Source: Callorhinchus milii
Lineage: Eukaryota
DNA: 64,000 bases
NCBI RefSeq assembly: GCF_018977255.1
Contig: NW_024704742.1
Span: 34,784,001-34,848,000 of the forward strand
Reading direction: 5' to 3'
Below are positions 11,672 through 24,012 of this stretch, one piece after another. Both the position numbers and the translations under genes were made by a program. Below the pieces are notes generated by a model. It did not search any database, was not told the DNA's origin, and worked only from the letters and a program-made list of their open reading frames with translations. Numbering within the stretch: position 1 is the stretch's first letter; each line of letters begins with the position of its first letter.

Positions 11672-13610
11672 CCCCCCACACACAGTGTAACCCCCACACT
11701 GTAACCCCCCCCCCCCCCCCCCCCCCACAGTGTAACCCTCCCCCCCCCCCCACACACACTGTAACATACCCCACAGTGTAACCCTCCCCCCCCCACAGTG
11801 TAACCCTCCCCCCCCACACACACTGTAACCCCCCCCCCACACACACACTGTAACATACCCCACAGTGTAACCCCCCCCCCCACACACACACACACACTGT
11901 AACCCCCCCCCCCCCACAGTGTAACCCCACACACTGTAACATACCCCACAGTGTAACCCTCCCCCCCACACACACACTGTAACCCCCCCCCCCACACACA
12001 CACACACACTGTAACCCCCCCCCCCCCACAGTGTAACCCCCACACACTGTAACATACCCCACAGTGTAACCCTCCCCCCCACACACACACTGTAACCCCC
12101 CCCCACACACACACACACACTGTAACCCCCCCCCCCACAGTGTAACCCCCACACACTGTAACATACCCCACAGTGTAACCCTCCCCCCCCACACACACAC
12201 TGTAACCCCCCCCACACACACACACTGTAACCCTCCCCCCACACACACACTGTAACCCTCCCCCCACACACACACTGTAACCCCCCCCCCACAGTGTAAC
12301 CCCCACACACTGTACCCCCCACACACACACTGTAACCCCCCCCACACACACACACACACTGTAACCCCCCCCCCCCACAGTGTAACCCCCACACACTGTA
12401 ACATACCCCACAGTGTAACCCTCCCCCCCACACACACACTGTAACCCCCCCCCCACACACACACACACACTGTAACCCCCCCCCCCACAGTGTAACCCCC
12501 ACACACTGTAACATACCCCACAGTGTAACCCTCCCCCCCCACACACACACTGTACCCCCCACACACACACTCTATTCCCCCCACACACACACTGTAACCC
12601 CCCCCCCACACACACACTGTAACCCCCCCACACACTGTAACCCCCACACACTGTATCCCCCACACACACACTGTACCCCACACACACACTGTACCCCCCA
12701 CACACACTGTACCCCACACACACACTGTAACCCCCCCTCACACTGTACCCCACACACACACACTGTACCCCTCCCCCCCCCACACAGTGTAACATACCCC
12801 AACACTGTAACCCTCCCCCACACACACACACACAGTGTAACCCCCCCCACACACACACACTGTAACCCTCCCCCCCCCACACAGTGTAACACCCCCACAC
12901 ACACACACACTGTAACCCTCCCCCCCCCCCACACAGTGTAACATACCCCAACACTGTAACCCTCCCCCACACACACACACAGTGTACCCCCCCCCACACA
13001 CACACACTGTAACCCTCCCCCCCCCACACAGTGTAACACCCCCACACACACACACTGTAACCCTCCCCCCCCACACAGTGTAACATACCCCAACACTGTA
13101 ACCCTCCCCCACACACACACACTGTAACCCTCCCCCCCCCCACACAGTGTAACATACCCCAACACTGTAACCCTCCCCCACACACACACACAGTGTAACC
13201 CCCCACACACACACACACTGTAACCCTCCCCCCCCCCACACAGTGTAACACCCCCACACACACACACTGTAACCCTCCCCCCCCCACACAGTGTAACATA
13301 CCCCAACACTGTAACCCTCCCCCACACACACACACTGTAACCCCCACACACTGTAACATACCCCCACACTGTAACATACCCCCAACACTGTAACACCCCC
13401 CATACACTGCAACACCCCCCCCCATACACTGTAACATACCCCCCCCCCATACACTGCAACACCCCCATACACTGTAACATCCCCCCCCCATACACTGTAA
13501 CACCCCCCCCCCCTATACACTGTAACACCCCCCCCCCCCCATACACCGTAACCTGTGGTCACATACACCCTACCCCACTGTAACCGGGGGTCAAATTCAG
13601 CCCCCCCCCC
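11672..13610. repeat. Complex minisatellite: tgtaac + (C)n + (CA)n units
   Basis: Recurrent cactgtaac / cacagtgtaac / aacatacccc separated by poly-C and CA runs. Confidence 0.95.
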
Positions 13611-13924
13611 ATACACTGTAACCTGGGGTCATATAACCCCCAACCCTCCGCCATCCACTGTAACCTGGGGTCATATATACACCAGCGCTCACACTGTCAT
13701 ATCCACCATGTGAGATACACCCTGTGATACACACACCATGATATTGCCATATATATATATATATATATATACACACATGTGTGATACACACACTACAATA
13801 CACATAATACACGCCGGCTCACACTGATATACACACAGTCATGCACATACACTTTGATCTGTACGCACTGTCACACATACATTGTAATAAACACATACAT
13901 GTATGTATAATATGGATGTATGCT

Positions 13925-14382
13925 CCGCAATCCTATCACCCCCATCCTCCCCCGACTCCACTGGCTTCCCATCTCACAGAGGATACAGTTCTGGATCCTG
14001 GTCCTCACCATCAAAGCCCTCCATGGTCTTGCTCCCCCCCCCCCCCCCCCCGACCTCTGTGACCTCCTAACCCCCTACCAGCCTACTCGCTCCCTCCGCT
14101 CAGTGGGCTCCGGCATGTTCACGTCCCCCGCCTCACTCGCCCCACCATTGGCGGGTGGGCCTTCTGCCATTCTGCCCCCACCCTCTGGAACTCCATCCCG
14201 CAGCCCCTCCGCCTCACCCCCTCCCGCGCCACCTTCACGACCCCTCTCTAGACCTCGATCTCCCTGCTTCCTCCCCTGCCCTCCGCCCCAGCTCGGGTCC
14301 TTAACTCTGTCTGTCCAGCGACTTGGGACATCCTCACGACGTGAAAGGCGCTATACAAATGTAATTTTGTTGTTGTTGTTGC
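13925..14382 (+). mobile_element. L2 LINE 3' fragment between the two divergent genes
   Basis: PITPILPRLHWLPISQRIQF...; tail gacgtgaaaggcgctatacaaatg...(ttg)n. Confidence 0.88.
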
Positions 14383-14687
14383 TGTATGAATATTGCAGTG
14401 TACAAACATATATTGAAACCATACACTGTGTGCAACATATAAAACATTGTATACACTGTGTGCAATATACAAACAACTATGCACATTGTGTTCAATATAT
14501 AAACAAATATATACAGTGTGCGCAATATTTAAAGAAGTATATCCAGTAATAATAATCCTTACTAACAATATAATAAATAATAATCCTTAATAATAATAAT
14601 GAACACATTGTTCAATATTTATATTCTGTGTTGTATATAAACAAAAACAATATACAATATGTACTGTGAAAATAAAGGATTGGTGTG

Positions 14688-15005
14688 CAGGGTGAGGGTG
14701 GCGGTGTGAGGGGCAGTGCGGGGTGAGGGTGGCGGTGTGAGTGGCAGTGGGGGGGGTGAGGGTGGCGGTGTGAGTGGCAGTGCAGGGTGAGGGTGGCGGT
14801 GTGAGGGGCAGTGCAGGGTGAGGGTGGCGGTGTGAGGGCAGTGCAGGGTGAGGGTGGCGGTGTGAGTGGCAGTGGGGGGGGGGTGAGGGTGGCGGTGTGA
14901 GTGGCAGTGCAGGGTGAGGGTGGCGGTGTGAGGGGCAGTGCAGGGTGAGGGTGGCGGTGTGAGGGGCAGTGCAGGGTGAGGGTGGCGGTGTGAGTGGCAG
15001 TGGGG
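14688..15005 (+). repeat. 31-bp G-rich minisatellite (cagggtgagggtggcggtgtgagtggcagtg), about 10 copies
   Basis: Direct inspection. Confidence 0.95.
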
Positions 15006-15039
15006 AGGGGGGGCAGGGCGGGGGGTGAGGGGGGAACTG

Positions 15040-15312
15040 TGTGACGGGGCCGCGGGGCTGTGCGGAGCTGAGAGGCTGTGACGCCGCTGAGGAGATGGCG
15101 GTTGCCGGGAGGCGGCTGTGCGGAGGTCAGGACACCGCACTGCACTACACGCGCTCACTCACCATCACACACTCACAGCTGTGGGCTCCGCGCCCTGAGC
15201 CCCGCGCGGCCCCGCGGTCTGTCAGTGGGAGGGACAGCGCGGCCGAGTTTCCATCTTCACACGAACCTGATCGTCAGTGACCCGCAGCCCCGCGACTACT
15301 GCCGGGCGGCGC
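15040..15312. promoter_or_regulatory. CpG-rich island at MRPL1 exon 1
   Basis: CpG-dense unique sequence spanning the MRPL1 ATG. Confidence 0.7.
15095..15125 (+). CDS. MRPL1: MRPL1 exon 1 (start of mitochondrial targeting peptide)
   Basis: gagATGG Kozak-like context; MAVAGRRLCG, 31 nt, donor G|gtcagg; phase 1 fits exon 2. Confidence 0.8.
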
Positions 15313-15324
15313 CTGGTGCCTGGT

Positions 15325-17150
15325 GGGCTCCTGGTGGAGGTGGGCTCCTGGTGGAGGTGGGCGCCTGGTGTCTGGTGGAGGTGGGCTCCTGGTGTCTGGT
15401 GGAGGTGGGCTCCTGGTGGAGGTGGGCTCCTGGTGTCTGGTGGAGGTGGGCTCCTGGTGTCTGGTGGAGGTGGGCTCCTGGTGGAGGTGGGCTCCTGCTG
15501 TCTGGTGGAGGTGGAGCTGGGCTCCTGGTGGAGGTGGGCTCCTGGTGGAGGTGGGCTCCTGCTGTCTGGTGGAGGTGGGCTCCTGGTGGAGGTGGGCTCC
15601 TGCTGTCTGGTGGAGGTGGGCTCCTGGGGTCTGGTAGAGGTGGGCTCCTGGGGTCTGGTAGAGGTGGGCTCCTGGTGGAGGTGGGCTCCTGGGGTCTGGT
15701 AGAGGTGGGCTCCTGGTGGAGGTGGGCTCCTGGGGTCTGGTAGAGGTGGGCTTCTGGTGGAGGTGGGCTCCTGGGGTCTGGTAGAGGTGGGCTTCTGGTG
15801 GAGGTGGGCTCCTGGTGTCTGGTGGAGGTGGAGGTGGGCACCTGGTGTCTCGTGGAGGTGGAGGTGGAGGTGGGCTCCTGGTGTCTGGTGGAGGTGGGCA
15901 CCTGGTGTCTGGTGGAGGTGGGCTCCTGGTGTCTGGTGGAGGTGGGCACCTGGTGGAGGTGGGCTCCTGGTGTCTGGTGGAGGTGGGCGCCTGGTGTCTG
16001 GTGGAGGTGGGCGCCTGGTGTCTGGTGGAGGTGGAGGTGGGCACCTGGTGTCTGGTGGAGGTGGGATCCTGGTGTCTGGTGGAGGTGGGCGCCTGGTGTC
16101 TGGTGGAGGTGGAGGTGGAGGTGGGCGCCTGGTGTCTGGTGGAGGTGGGCTCCTGGTGTCTGGTGGAGGTGGGCACCTGGTGTCTGGTGGAGGTGGGCAC
16201 CTGGTGTCTGGTGGAGGTGGGCACCTGGTGTCTGGTGGAGGTGGGCACCTGGTGTCTGGTGGAGGTGGGCTCCTGGTGTCTGGTGGAGGTGGGCTCCTGG
16301 TGTCTGGTGGAGGTGGAGGTGGGCGCCTGGTGTCTGGTGGAGGTGGGCGCCTGGTGTCTGGTGGAGGTGGAGGTGGGCACCTGGTGTCTGGTGGAGGTGG
16401 GCTCCTGGTGTCTGGTGGAGGTGGGCTCCTGGTGTCTGGTGGAGGTGGGCGCCTGGTGTCTGGTGGAGGTGGAGGTGGAGGTGGGCGCCTGGTGTCTGGT
16501 GGAGGTGGGCTCCTGGTGTCTGGTGGAGGTGGGCACCTGGTGTCTGGTGGAGGTGGGCACCTGGTGTCTGGTGGAGGTGGGCACCTGGTGTCTGGTGGAG
16601 GTGGGCACCTGGTGTCTGGTGGAGGTGGGCTCCTGGTGTCTGGTGGAGGTGGGCTCCTGGTGTCTGGTGGAGGTGGGCACCTGGTGTCTGGTGGAGGTGG
16701 GCTCCTGGTGTCTGGTGGAGGTGGGCGCCTGGTGTCTGGTGGAGGTGGAGGTGGGCACCTGGTGGAGGTGGGCGCCTGGTGTCTGGTGGAGGTGGGCGCC
16801 TGGTGTCTGGTGGAGGTGGGCTCCTGGTGTCTGGTGGAGGTGGGCACCTGGTGTCTGGTGGAGGTGGGCTCCTGGTGTCTGGTGGAGGTGGGCTCCTGGT
16901 GTCTGGTGGAGGTGGGCGCCTGGTGTCTGGTGGAGGTGGAGGTGGGCACCTGGTGGAGGTGGGCTCCTGGTGTCTGGTGGAGGTGGGCGCCTGGTGTCTG
17001 GTGGAGGTGGGCTCCTGGTGTCTGGTGGAGGTGGGCGCCTGGTGTCTGGTGGAGGTGGGCTCCTGGTGTCTGGTGGAGGTGGGCGCCTGGTGTCTGGTGG
17101 AGGTGGGCGCCTGGTGTCTGGTGGAGGTGGAGGTGGGCACCTGGTGGAGG
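15325..17150 (+). repeat. 24-bp G-rich minisatellite (ggtggaggtgggcNcctggtgtct) in MRPL1 intron 1
   Basis: 8-aa periodicity in all frames; 17-bp and +6-bp variant units. Confidence 0.97.
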
Positions 17151-17560
17151 TTGGCTCCCAATGTAAGGCTGGCTTGTGGGTTCAAGCTCCATGTAAGGAC
17201 TTGGAGCTCTCATAGTCCAAGATGACACTCTGATACAATGCTGGGGGAGTCCTGCATATCATATGCTGGAGGCACTATCCTTCGGATGAGACATTAAACC
17301 GAATCCCCATCTGTCTGTCCAGGTGGATGTTAAAGATCCTGTGGCTCTATTTGAAAAGAGAAGGGAGTTTCTAATGGTGTGTCAATAATACCCCAAATAA
17401 AATTATGGTTCACTTCACGTTTGCTTCTGGGACATTGCTGTGCACAAATTGCTACGTTTTCCTACAAAATAAAAATTCACCCCGCTTTACAGATGAATCC
17501 TGTGGATCGCTTTGCGATGCCCTCCTGACATGAAAGATGCTTTATCAAATGCATTGTTGA
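17151..17560 (+). mobile_element. Older Deu-domain SINE (SacSINE1-like)
   Basis: ggttcaag B box; cttcggatgagacattaaaccg...caggtggatgttaaagatcc; tgctgtgcacaaattg core. Confidence 0.75.
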
Positions 17561-17896
17561 TTATCATATGCAAGATCTGCAAACTTTTTGATCGTCACAA
17601 ATTTGATTTATCTTCGTAGATGAGCAGGGAAGGATCTTGTCATTTAGCGAAATATAGATACTTTTGTTTTGGCCGTAAATGTTATTTTATTTTGTTTTTA
17701 ACCAAGAGTCACTTCGAATAAAAAAAAGAGGCTCAGTTAGGGAAAACAGAAATTTACGCATTTTTCTAGCGTTTCTGGAACTTGCATATGATAATCAACA
17801 AGTTAAATTCATATAAGCACCCTTCACTCAGGATAGCATCCCAGAGCTCTGAAGTTAACATATGTAAATAACGTTGTTTTTCCTCCTTTGTTTCAG

Positions 17897-18002
17897 TGTT
17901 TGTTGGCTGCCACACACATTTGTTGACAGGGGGTCAGAGCACCATCAAGGTACCCAGTTTGTTGAGGAAACAGTTTCCTGTCCGACAGTTTGCTGCTGTC
18001 AG
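17897..18002 (+). CDS. MRPL1: MRPL1 exon 2
   Basis: tttcag|...AG|gtaaga; VFVGCHTHLLTGGQSTIKVPSLLRKQFPVRQFAAVR (cf. RHFAAA in MRPL1). Confidence 0.85.
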
Positions 18003-18721
18003 GTAAGATTTTTCACATTTCTTAAAGTATGTTACCATATGGGATACATGCCTATAACATTTTAGATGGATTATCCACAATTCATTGTAGATATATGTAG
18101 TAAATAAATGATTTGTACTTTTTTAATTAAACATACTGGTGCAGTGCATTACATAATTATTTTTTCTGCTTTAGTGCCTGATTTTTAATCTAAGGTATAC
18201 TGATGGGAATGATAGTTGTCTTTCTGCTGCATATGATAGTTTAATTTGGAATGAGTTTTGACTGTCTCCGATCATGTCATTGTAATGAGCCACTTTCTTT
18301 GCCCCTATGTAAAATTGATACTCCTCATATTCACATTCAATCTAAGGCAGTCTGTCAGTATTACTTGAGAGCAGTTTTGCTTTTTAACGTATCTGTGGAT
18401 CCATCCTTTCTTATATTTACTTGTTTATAAGGAAAAGAGGAGTACTCCGGACACAGTTGTTCAAGTGCTTGCCGTCAATCAATTCTGAGAGTTTTTATCC
18501 AAGTTAACCTTACGCTCCAATTATATAAGCAGTTTTCGGCACGCATTTATAATGTTTGTGAGGTTATCCTGTAATGTATGATATTTGTTACAAGTTGATA
18601 AGTTAGCTTGATTTGTGGAATTTTAGTTTTAAAAAAAATCTTTTTAAAAAGTTTTCCATTTTCTATGCTAAATTTGCCAGTATCAAAACATAATAATTTT
18701 TACTCGTTTTTGAAATGATAG

Positions 18722-18989
18722 ATTTGCCAAAAAACAACAAAAAAATCAAAAGGAAGAAAAAACGAAACCTAAAAAGGAAAGAGTGGTCGGCATAAAGCAA
18801 AATAATGCATATGGGGCGACATCATTGGAACCAGTCGATGATGTGTACAGAATTAAGCTTTACCCAAAGCCAGTATATGGGATTGAGACAGCAATTGACC
18901 TGCTGAAGAAGTGGCAGCGGTTAGACTTTACTTACCCCATGCAGCCTGTGTATGTTGATCTGCTGCTTGACATGAAGCTGGAAAAGAAG
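18722..18989 (+). CDS. MRPL1: MRPL1 exon 3
   Basis: atag|...AAG|gtgagg; FAKKQQ...EPVDDVYRIKLYPKPVYGIETAIDLLKKWQRLDFTYPMQPVYVDLLLDMKLEKK. Confidence 0.93.
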
Positions 18990-21110
18990 GTGAGGTTTAC
19001 AAACTTGTGCTGTGTAATCCTGTTTTAAGCTAAATGTGTGGAATGCTTTTCCAGGATGCTTGTTTTCTTTAAAACAACTTTTTCCACCATTGTAGATGTC
19101 AGCTTGGCTCAGTTATTGACACTCTTATCTCTGGATCAGACAATTGTAGGTTCAATCCCCATGTTGAAACTTTGAGCGCATAGTCTAGGCTTAAACTCCA
19201 ATGCAGTCCTGGGGCAGCACTGTAATTTTGGAGGTGCCACCTTTTGGAACAGACATCAACTGGAGGTTTTATCTGCCTGTCTTCCAAATATTTTATTTCA
19301 CTGGAATTGTATTTCTTAAGATCCATCATGTGGTAGTTTGTCACTGCAGTAGGCTACTGTCATTGGGAAAAAAATTGCCAGAGTAGTCAAAATCATATTT
19401 GATGTGTAAGGATATGGCAATTGCTTCTGAGCAACATTATTTCCCTGTTTATCCCAGGAAGGTAAGCACAGTCTCTTTAAGATGATGTGCATACAATGGA
19501 AAGTTGGAATTGGATCAATCTTCTGTGATGATCTCAGTAGTCTGTATCCTGAACCAGTTGGGTCTGCAGTACTCCAGGACACTGCTGGTGGCAGACCAAC
19601 TAACCTGCTTTATTGGCAAGACTTGGAGTTAGCAGACTGATCACTGGGTTTAGGGATTCTTTTCACTTAACTCCTATTAACGGCGTAAGCCAAAGCACTA
19701 ACGGTGTTCCTAGATGGACAAGTTGTGAGAAACTTGCCAGATGATACTTTCAACAACAACAAGTTACATTTGTATGGCACCTTTCACATTGTGAGGATGT
19801 CCTCAGGCGCTTGCTTTCAATAGAATGCTCTGTGGTTTTAGCTCCAGTACTACCCTAACACACATACTTGCTAGGGTCCTCAAGCTTTGGCTTTCGGCAG
19901 CCTGCACCTAATACTCCCTGGAATTATGCAAGCAAAGTGGTGTCCCTCCAGGGAGAGAGCATGCATTCAATTTCCAAACACGGAAAGTTCTATTTGAAGG
20001 TAGCAGATATATGTGGAACTCTCAGTCAGGTTTGGATACGTTTAAGCACAGTGATGGGTTTCTGCAACTGTCAGACACCCAGCTGACCAAAACAAATTTT
20101 GTCAAAGATTGGCATCGTAATTTCTATTGATTTTGTATGTTTTTATTTAACTTGTTATAACATTGGTAGGTAGTAGCTTGAGGGTGTTAATGAGGTCAAT
20201 GGAGTAAGGGAACTGAATTAAGAAATACTTATTAAAATAAGTATGTTTCAGCATTAACATTATATATTAAGTTCTTGTTTAAATTGAAATGGACATTAAT
20301 TATTTGTAACTAAGTGGTGCTGCTGGTGAAACTCTTAACAATGTGGAATATTCTTTGATGCTCACTGTATATAACAGTGGCATTGCTACAGTATAAACAA
20401 AACAGTGTTGTTGTCTCAAGAAGGAGTTGCTGTCACCTCCCAAACTGAGTCTTCATTTTTGGGATGTGGACGATACTGGCATTTATTGTCCAATCCTGGG
20501 TGCCCTGAGATGGTAGTGCTGGGGACTTATTAAAACCCCAGCAATCCTTGTGACGATGGTGCCCTAATGGACGTTCCAGAACTTTGACCCAGCAAAGATG
20601 AAGGAACGGTAATATAAATCCAGATCAAGGTGAAATGTGACTTAGAGGCAAACTTAGAATTGCTGTTGTTCCCAAGATAACTTGCATCAAATGTCCCAAC
20701 ATATATGGGACATGGATCTCAGCACCATCCAGAATGCTGACTCCAGATCCATGATACTGGAATTCACATCAGCTTTGCTAGTTAGTGGAAAGCGACTTAT
20801 GCTAAAGTACGTCCAGGGTCCACTTCCTGCACATTGGTAGATTTGATGTATTAAATATTGAATGAGTTGACCCAATTATGTGGGTAAAAAAGCACTAAAC
20901 TCTTTCTTATTAAATAATGGTTTTAAATATTATGTGGGATGTAAATCTGAAAGTTTCAGTTATTTATTGGTAAAGAATATCTGACATGGGGAATGTGAAT
21001 ATCAACCCAGTATTTTTCAGATACTGATTGATCTACTTTGTATTCCTACTTTTTATTTCAGATCTGTATGTTTATCTCTGACTTGTGTATTTCTGTGTTC
21101 CTTATCCCAG

Positions 21111-21194
21111 AAAAAAGTGGATCAGTTTGTCGGTACTGTTCAGCTGCCTTTTCCTTTTAAGAAAACCACCAACAAGGTGGTAGTATTCACAGAG
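21111..21194 (+). CDS. MRPL1: MRPL1 exon 4
   Basis: cccag|KKVDQFVGTVQLPFPFKKTTNKVVVFTE|gtgaga. Confidence 0.93.
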
Positions 21195-21480
21195 GTGAGA
21201 GGGAATTGTATGTAAATCTACTTTTTTGATAGTTTGAGCAGATCATAACAAATACAATTTGCTGTTTCCTTCAGTTAAGTTATCAATATGGATAGGATGA
21301 AAGTCTGCTATTTTGTGTTAAATATATTTTGTGTTAAAATAGTCACAGTCCCTATTAATGACTTCTATAAAAGAGTATAGAGAGAGGAATGTCAGCTAGA
21401 ATTTAGTTTATGTATTTTTGTAAGGGTGTGAAATACTTTTATTTTCTCCCTGCGTAATGCATTATACATTGTTATAACAA

Positions 21481-23200
21481 CCTGGCTCAGTGGTAGCACT
21501 CTTGCTCTGGGTCAGAAGGTTGTAGGTTCAAGCCCCATGTCGGGACTTGGAATCACATAGTCTAAGCTGACACTCGAATGCAGTGCTCTCCTTCACTGGC
21601 ACTGTTCCTGCACCCCTAAAACAACCTCCAAGAATCTTCTGTGGACCCATCCCTGTTCTCCAACTAACGCACCATCTCCAACCTCCCTTTCCAAGATCTT
21701 GGAGCAAGTTATTGCTTCCCAGCTTCGCTCTTTACTCTCCTGCCACTACCTCTATGAACCCTTCCAGTCAGGTTCGTGCTGCTCACAGCACAGAAACAGC
21801 CTTGGTCAAAGTGACAAGTACTTGGTTCATCTGTGACCTGGGCTCTCTCAGTCTCCTCGTCCTCCTTGACCGTTTGCTGCCTTTGCCACTGTTGACCATT
21901 CTATCCTCCTCCACTGCCTCTCCTCTCACATCAATCTTCATGACTCTGTCCTTGACTGGTTCAGATCCTACCTTTCAAACCATCTCTACTTTGTGTAAAC
22001 AAACATCTCTCCTCTAGCCCCCGCACTGTCTTGTGCGGAGTTTTTCAGGGCTCTGTCCTTGGTCCTCTCCTCTTAACGTCTATTTGCTGCCTCTTGGTGA
22101 CATAATCTGCAGACATGGGGTCAACTTCCACATGTATGCGGATAACACCCAACTCTATCTCTCTGCCTCCACCCTCGACTCTCGGACCATTGCTGTCCTG
22201 ACAGAGTGTCAGACATCAAGTCCTGGATGAGAGCTAACTTTCTATAGTTGAACATCAACAAGACCGAGGCTCTCCTGATTGGGTCCCGTCAGCACCTCCT
22301 CACCTCAGGCACTGACAGCCTCACCATCCATGGATGCACACTCCACCTTACTAAGCCAGTCCAGAACCTTGGCGTCTTGTTTGAGTCTCAACTGTTCATT
22401 CTACCTCACATCCGCGCCATGACCCGCTCTGCCTCCCGCCACCTGCGCAACATCACCCCGGCTCCGCCACTGTTTCGCCCCTCAGGCCGCCGAGACCCTC
22501 ATCCATGCATTCGTTACATGTAGACTTGATTACCCCAACTTGTCGGCTTTCCCAACTCTTCCCTCCACATGCTGCATATCATTCAGAACTCCACAACTCG
22601 TGTTGTCTCCAGCACCAGACTCTGTGAGCCTACCCCCCCAGCTCCACTGGCTCCCCATTCCCCCAGAGGATAGAGATCAAAATCCTCATCCTCGCCTTCA
22701 AAGCCCTCCACGGCTTTGCTCCTTCCTACTTCTGTAATCTGCTAATGCCATATTGACCTGTCCACTCCTTCCGCTCAGCAGGCTCCTTCGGCAACCCTAC
22801 CCTCCCTGCCCTCCACCTTTCCTGATCCCAACCTCCTGCTCAGGTACAAATCCCTGACTGTCCAACCCCTTGGGATGTCCTCTCTATGTGAAAGCACCAT
22901 ACACATATAATTTGTTGTTGTGCTGGGGTGTGTTGCATTGTTGGAGGTGTTGTCCTTTGGATGAGACGTTAAATCAAGGTATCATCTGCCTCCTGGTGGA
23001 CATTAAAGATCCCACGGTACTATTTGAAAATAACTTTTTCCTGGTGTGCTGGCCATCAATTCCCCCAATAAAATTGGTTACTCATTCCATGTCTGCCTGG
23101 GAACCAACTGCCGCTTTTCGCTCACAAAATACAGTGAATCCACTTTACAGTATATCCTGTTGAGAAGTCTCAACAACGTGATAAGGCATTATATCAGGTA
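21481..23200 (+). mobile_element. SacSINE1-like SINE (21481-21587 and 22921-23200) split by an L2 insertion
   Basis: SINE head before, and SINE body after, the L2. Confidence 0.75.
21588..22920 (+). mobile_element. 5'-truncated L2 LINE
   Basis: [24 protein letters not shown], (ttg)n tail. Confidence 0.9.
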
Positions 23201-23227
23201 CAATTTAATTTGATTTTATTATTGCAG

Positions 23228-23299
23228 AATCCAGAACAAGCAGCTGCAGCTCAGGAACATGGAGCAGCTTTTGTGGGAGGAACCGAGCTTATTGATAAA
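23228..23299 (+). CDS. MRPL1: MRPL1 exon 5
   Basis: ttgcag|NPEQAAAAQEHGAAFVGGTELIDK|gtatgt; ribosomal L1 GA-x-x-GG motif. Confidence 0.95.
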
Positions 23300-23900
23300 G
23301 TATGTATATACATTTAGTAAATGTGTGTTTTGTGCAATTGAATACTCACCTACAAGTACACAGTCACTGCATTTTACAGTAAATCTTGTGAAACGCTTTG
23401 AGATGCCTTCCAGACCTGAAAAGCGCTTTAACATATGCAAGATTTATTATTATTTATGATAACAATTTTAAAGCACTGAAGGAGGCTATTTGACCTCATT
23501 TTGCCATGCTAGATCTATCAAGTCTAATTCAAGAGTTAGTCTAATCTTCTCCAATCTTAGTCAACTATGGACTTGCGTTAATACTGGAAACAAAGTACAC
23601 CTGGCTTACCGTGCTGACCAGGTGGCTTTCCACATAAAAAAACTCCCAACTTCTGGGTGTCAAATGGACGCTGATGACACTTTCTTTTTTAAAGCAGTAC
23701 ATTACTGATTGGTAATTAAGAATCACAGTACTTATTAAAATATATGTTTTGGTAGTTGAGAGGAACCAGTGCGGTAGCAGATTGAAGGGAATCTTGTAAT
23801 GCTGTGGAAAGGTAGTAAAACCCACTCTTGTAATATATCTTACATTATTACTGCTTTATTTTGCCATTGTGTCCTTACACACAGCCTGTTTACTTTGCAG

Positions 23901-24012
23901 ATCTTAGAGAATGAAATTGAAGCAGATTTCTATGTGACTGTTCCAAGCATGGTAACGAAACTGTTGCCTCTTAAGAACAAACTAAGGAAAAAGTTTCCTA
24001 AAAGTAAAAGAG
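23901..24012 (+). CDS. MRPL1: MRPL1 exon 6
   Basis: ttgcag|ILENEIEADFYVTVPSMVTKLLPLKNKLRKKFPKSKR-G|gtagga. Confidence 0.95.

Noticed and set aside
15325..17150. CRISPR-like regular repeat
   Set aside because: No unique spacers, no cas genes, eukaryotic intron context
10269..17228. Long ORFs (290-670 aa) rich in Ser/Leu/Pro, Gly/Cys/Val, Trp/Gly or Pro/Thr/His
   Set aside because: They are translations of tandem arrays open in several frames on both strands, lying in introns or the promoter region of CNOT6L/MRPL1
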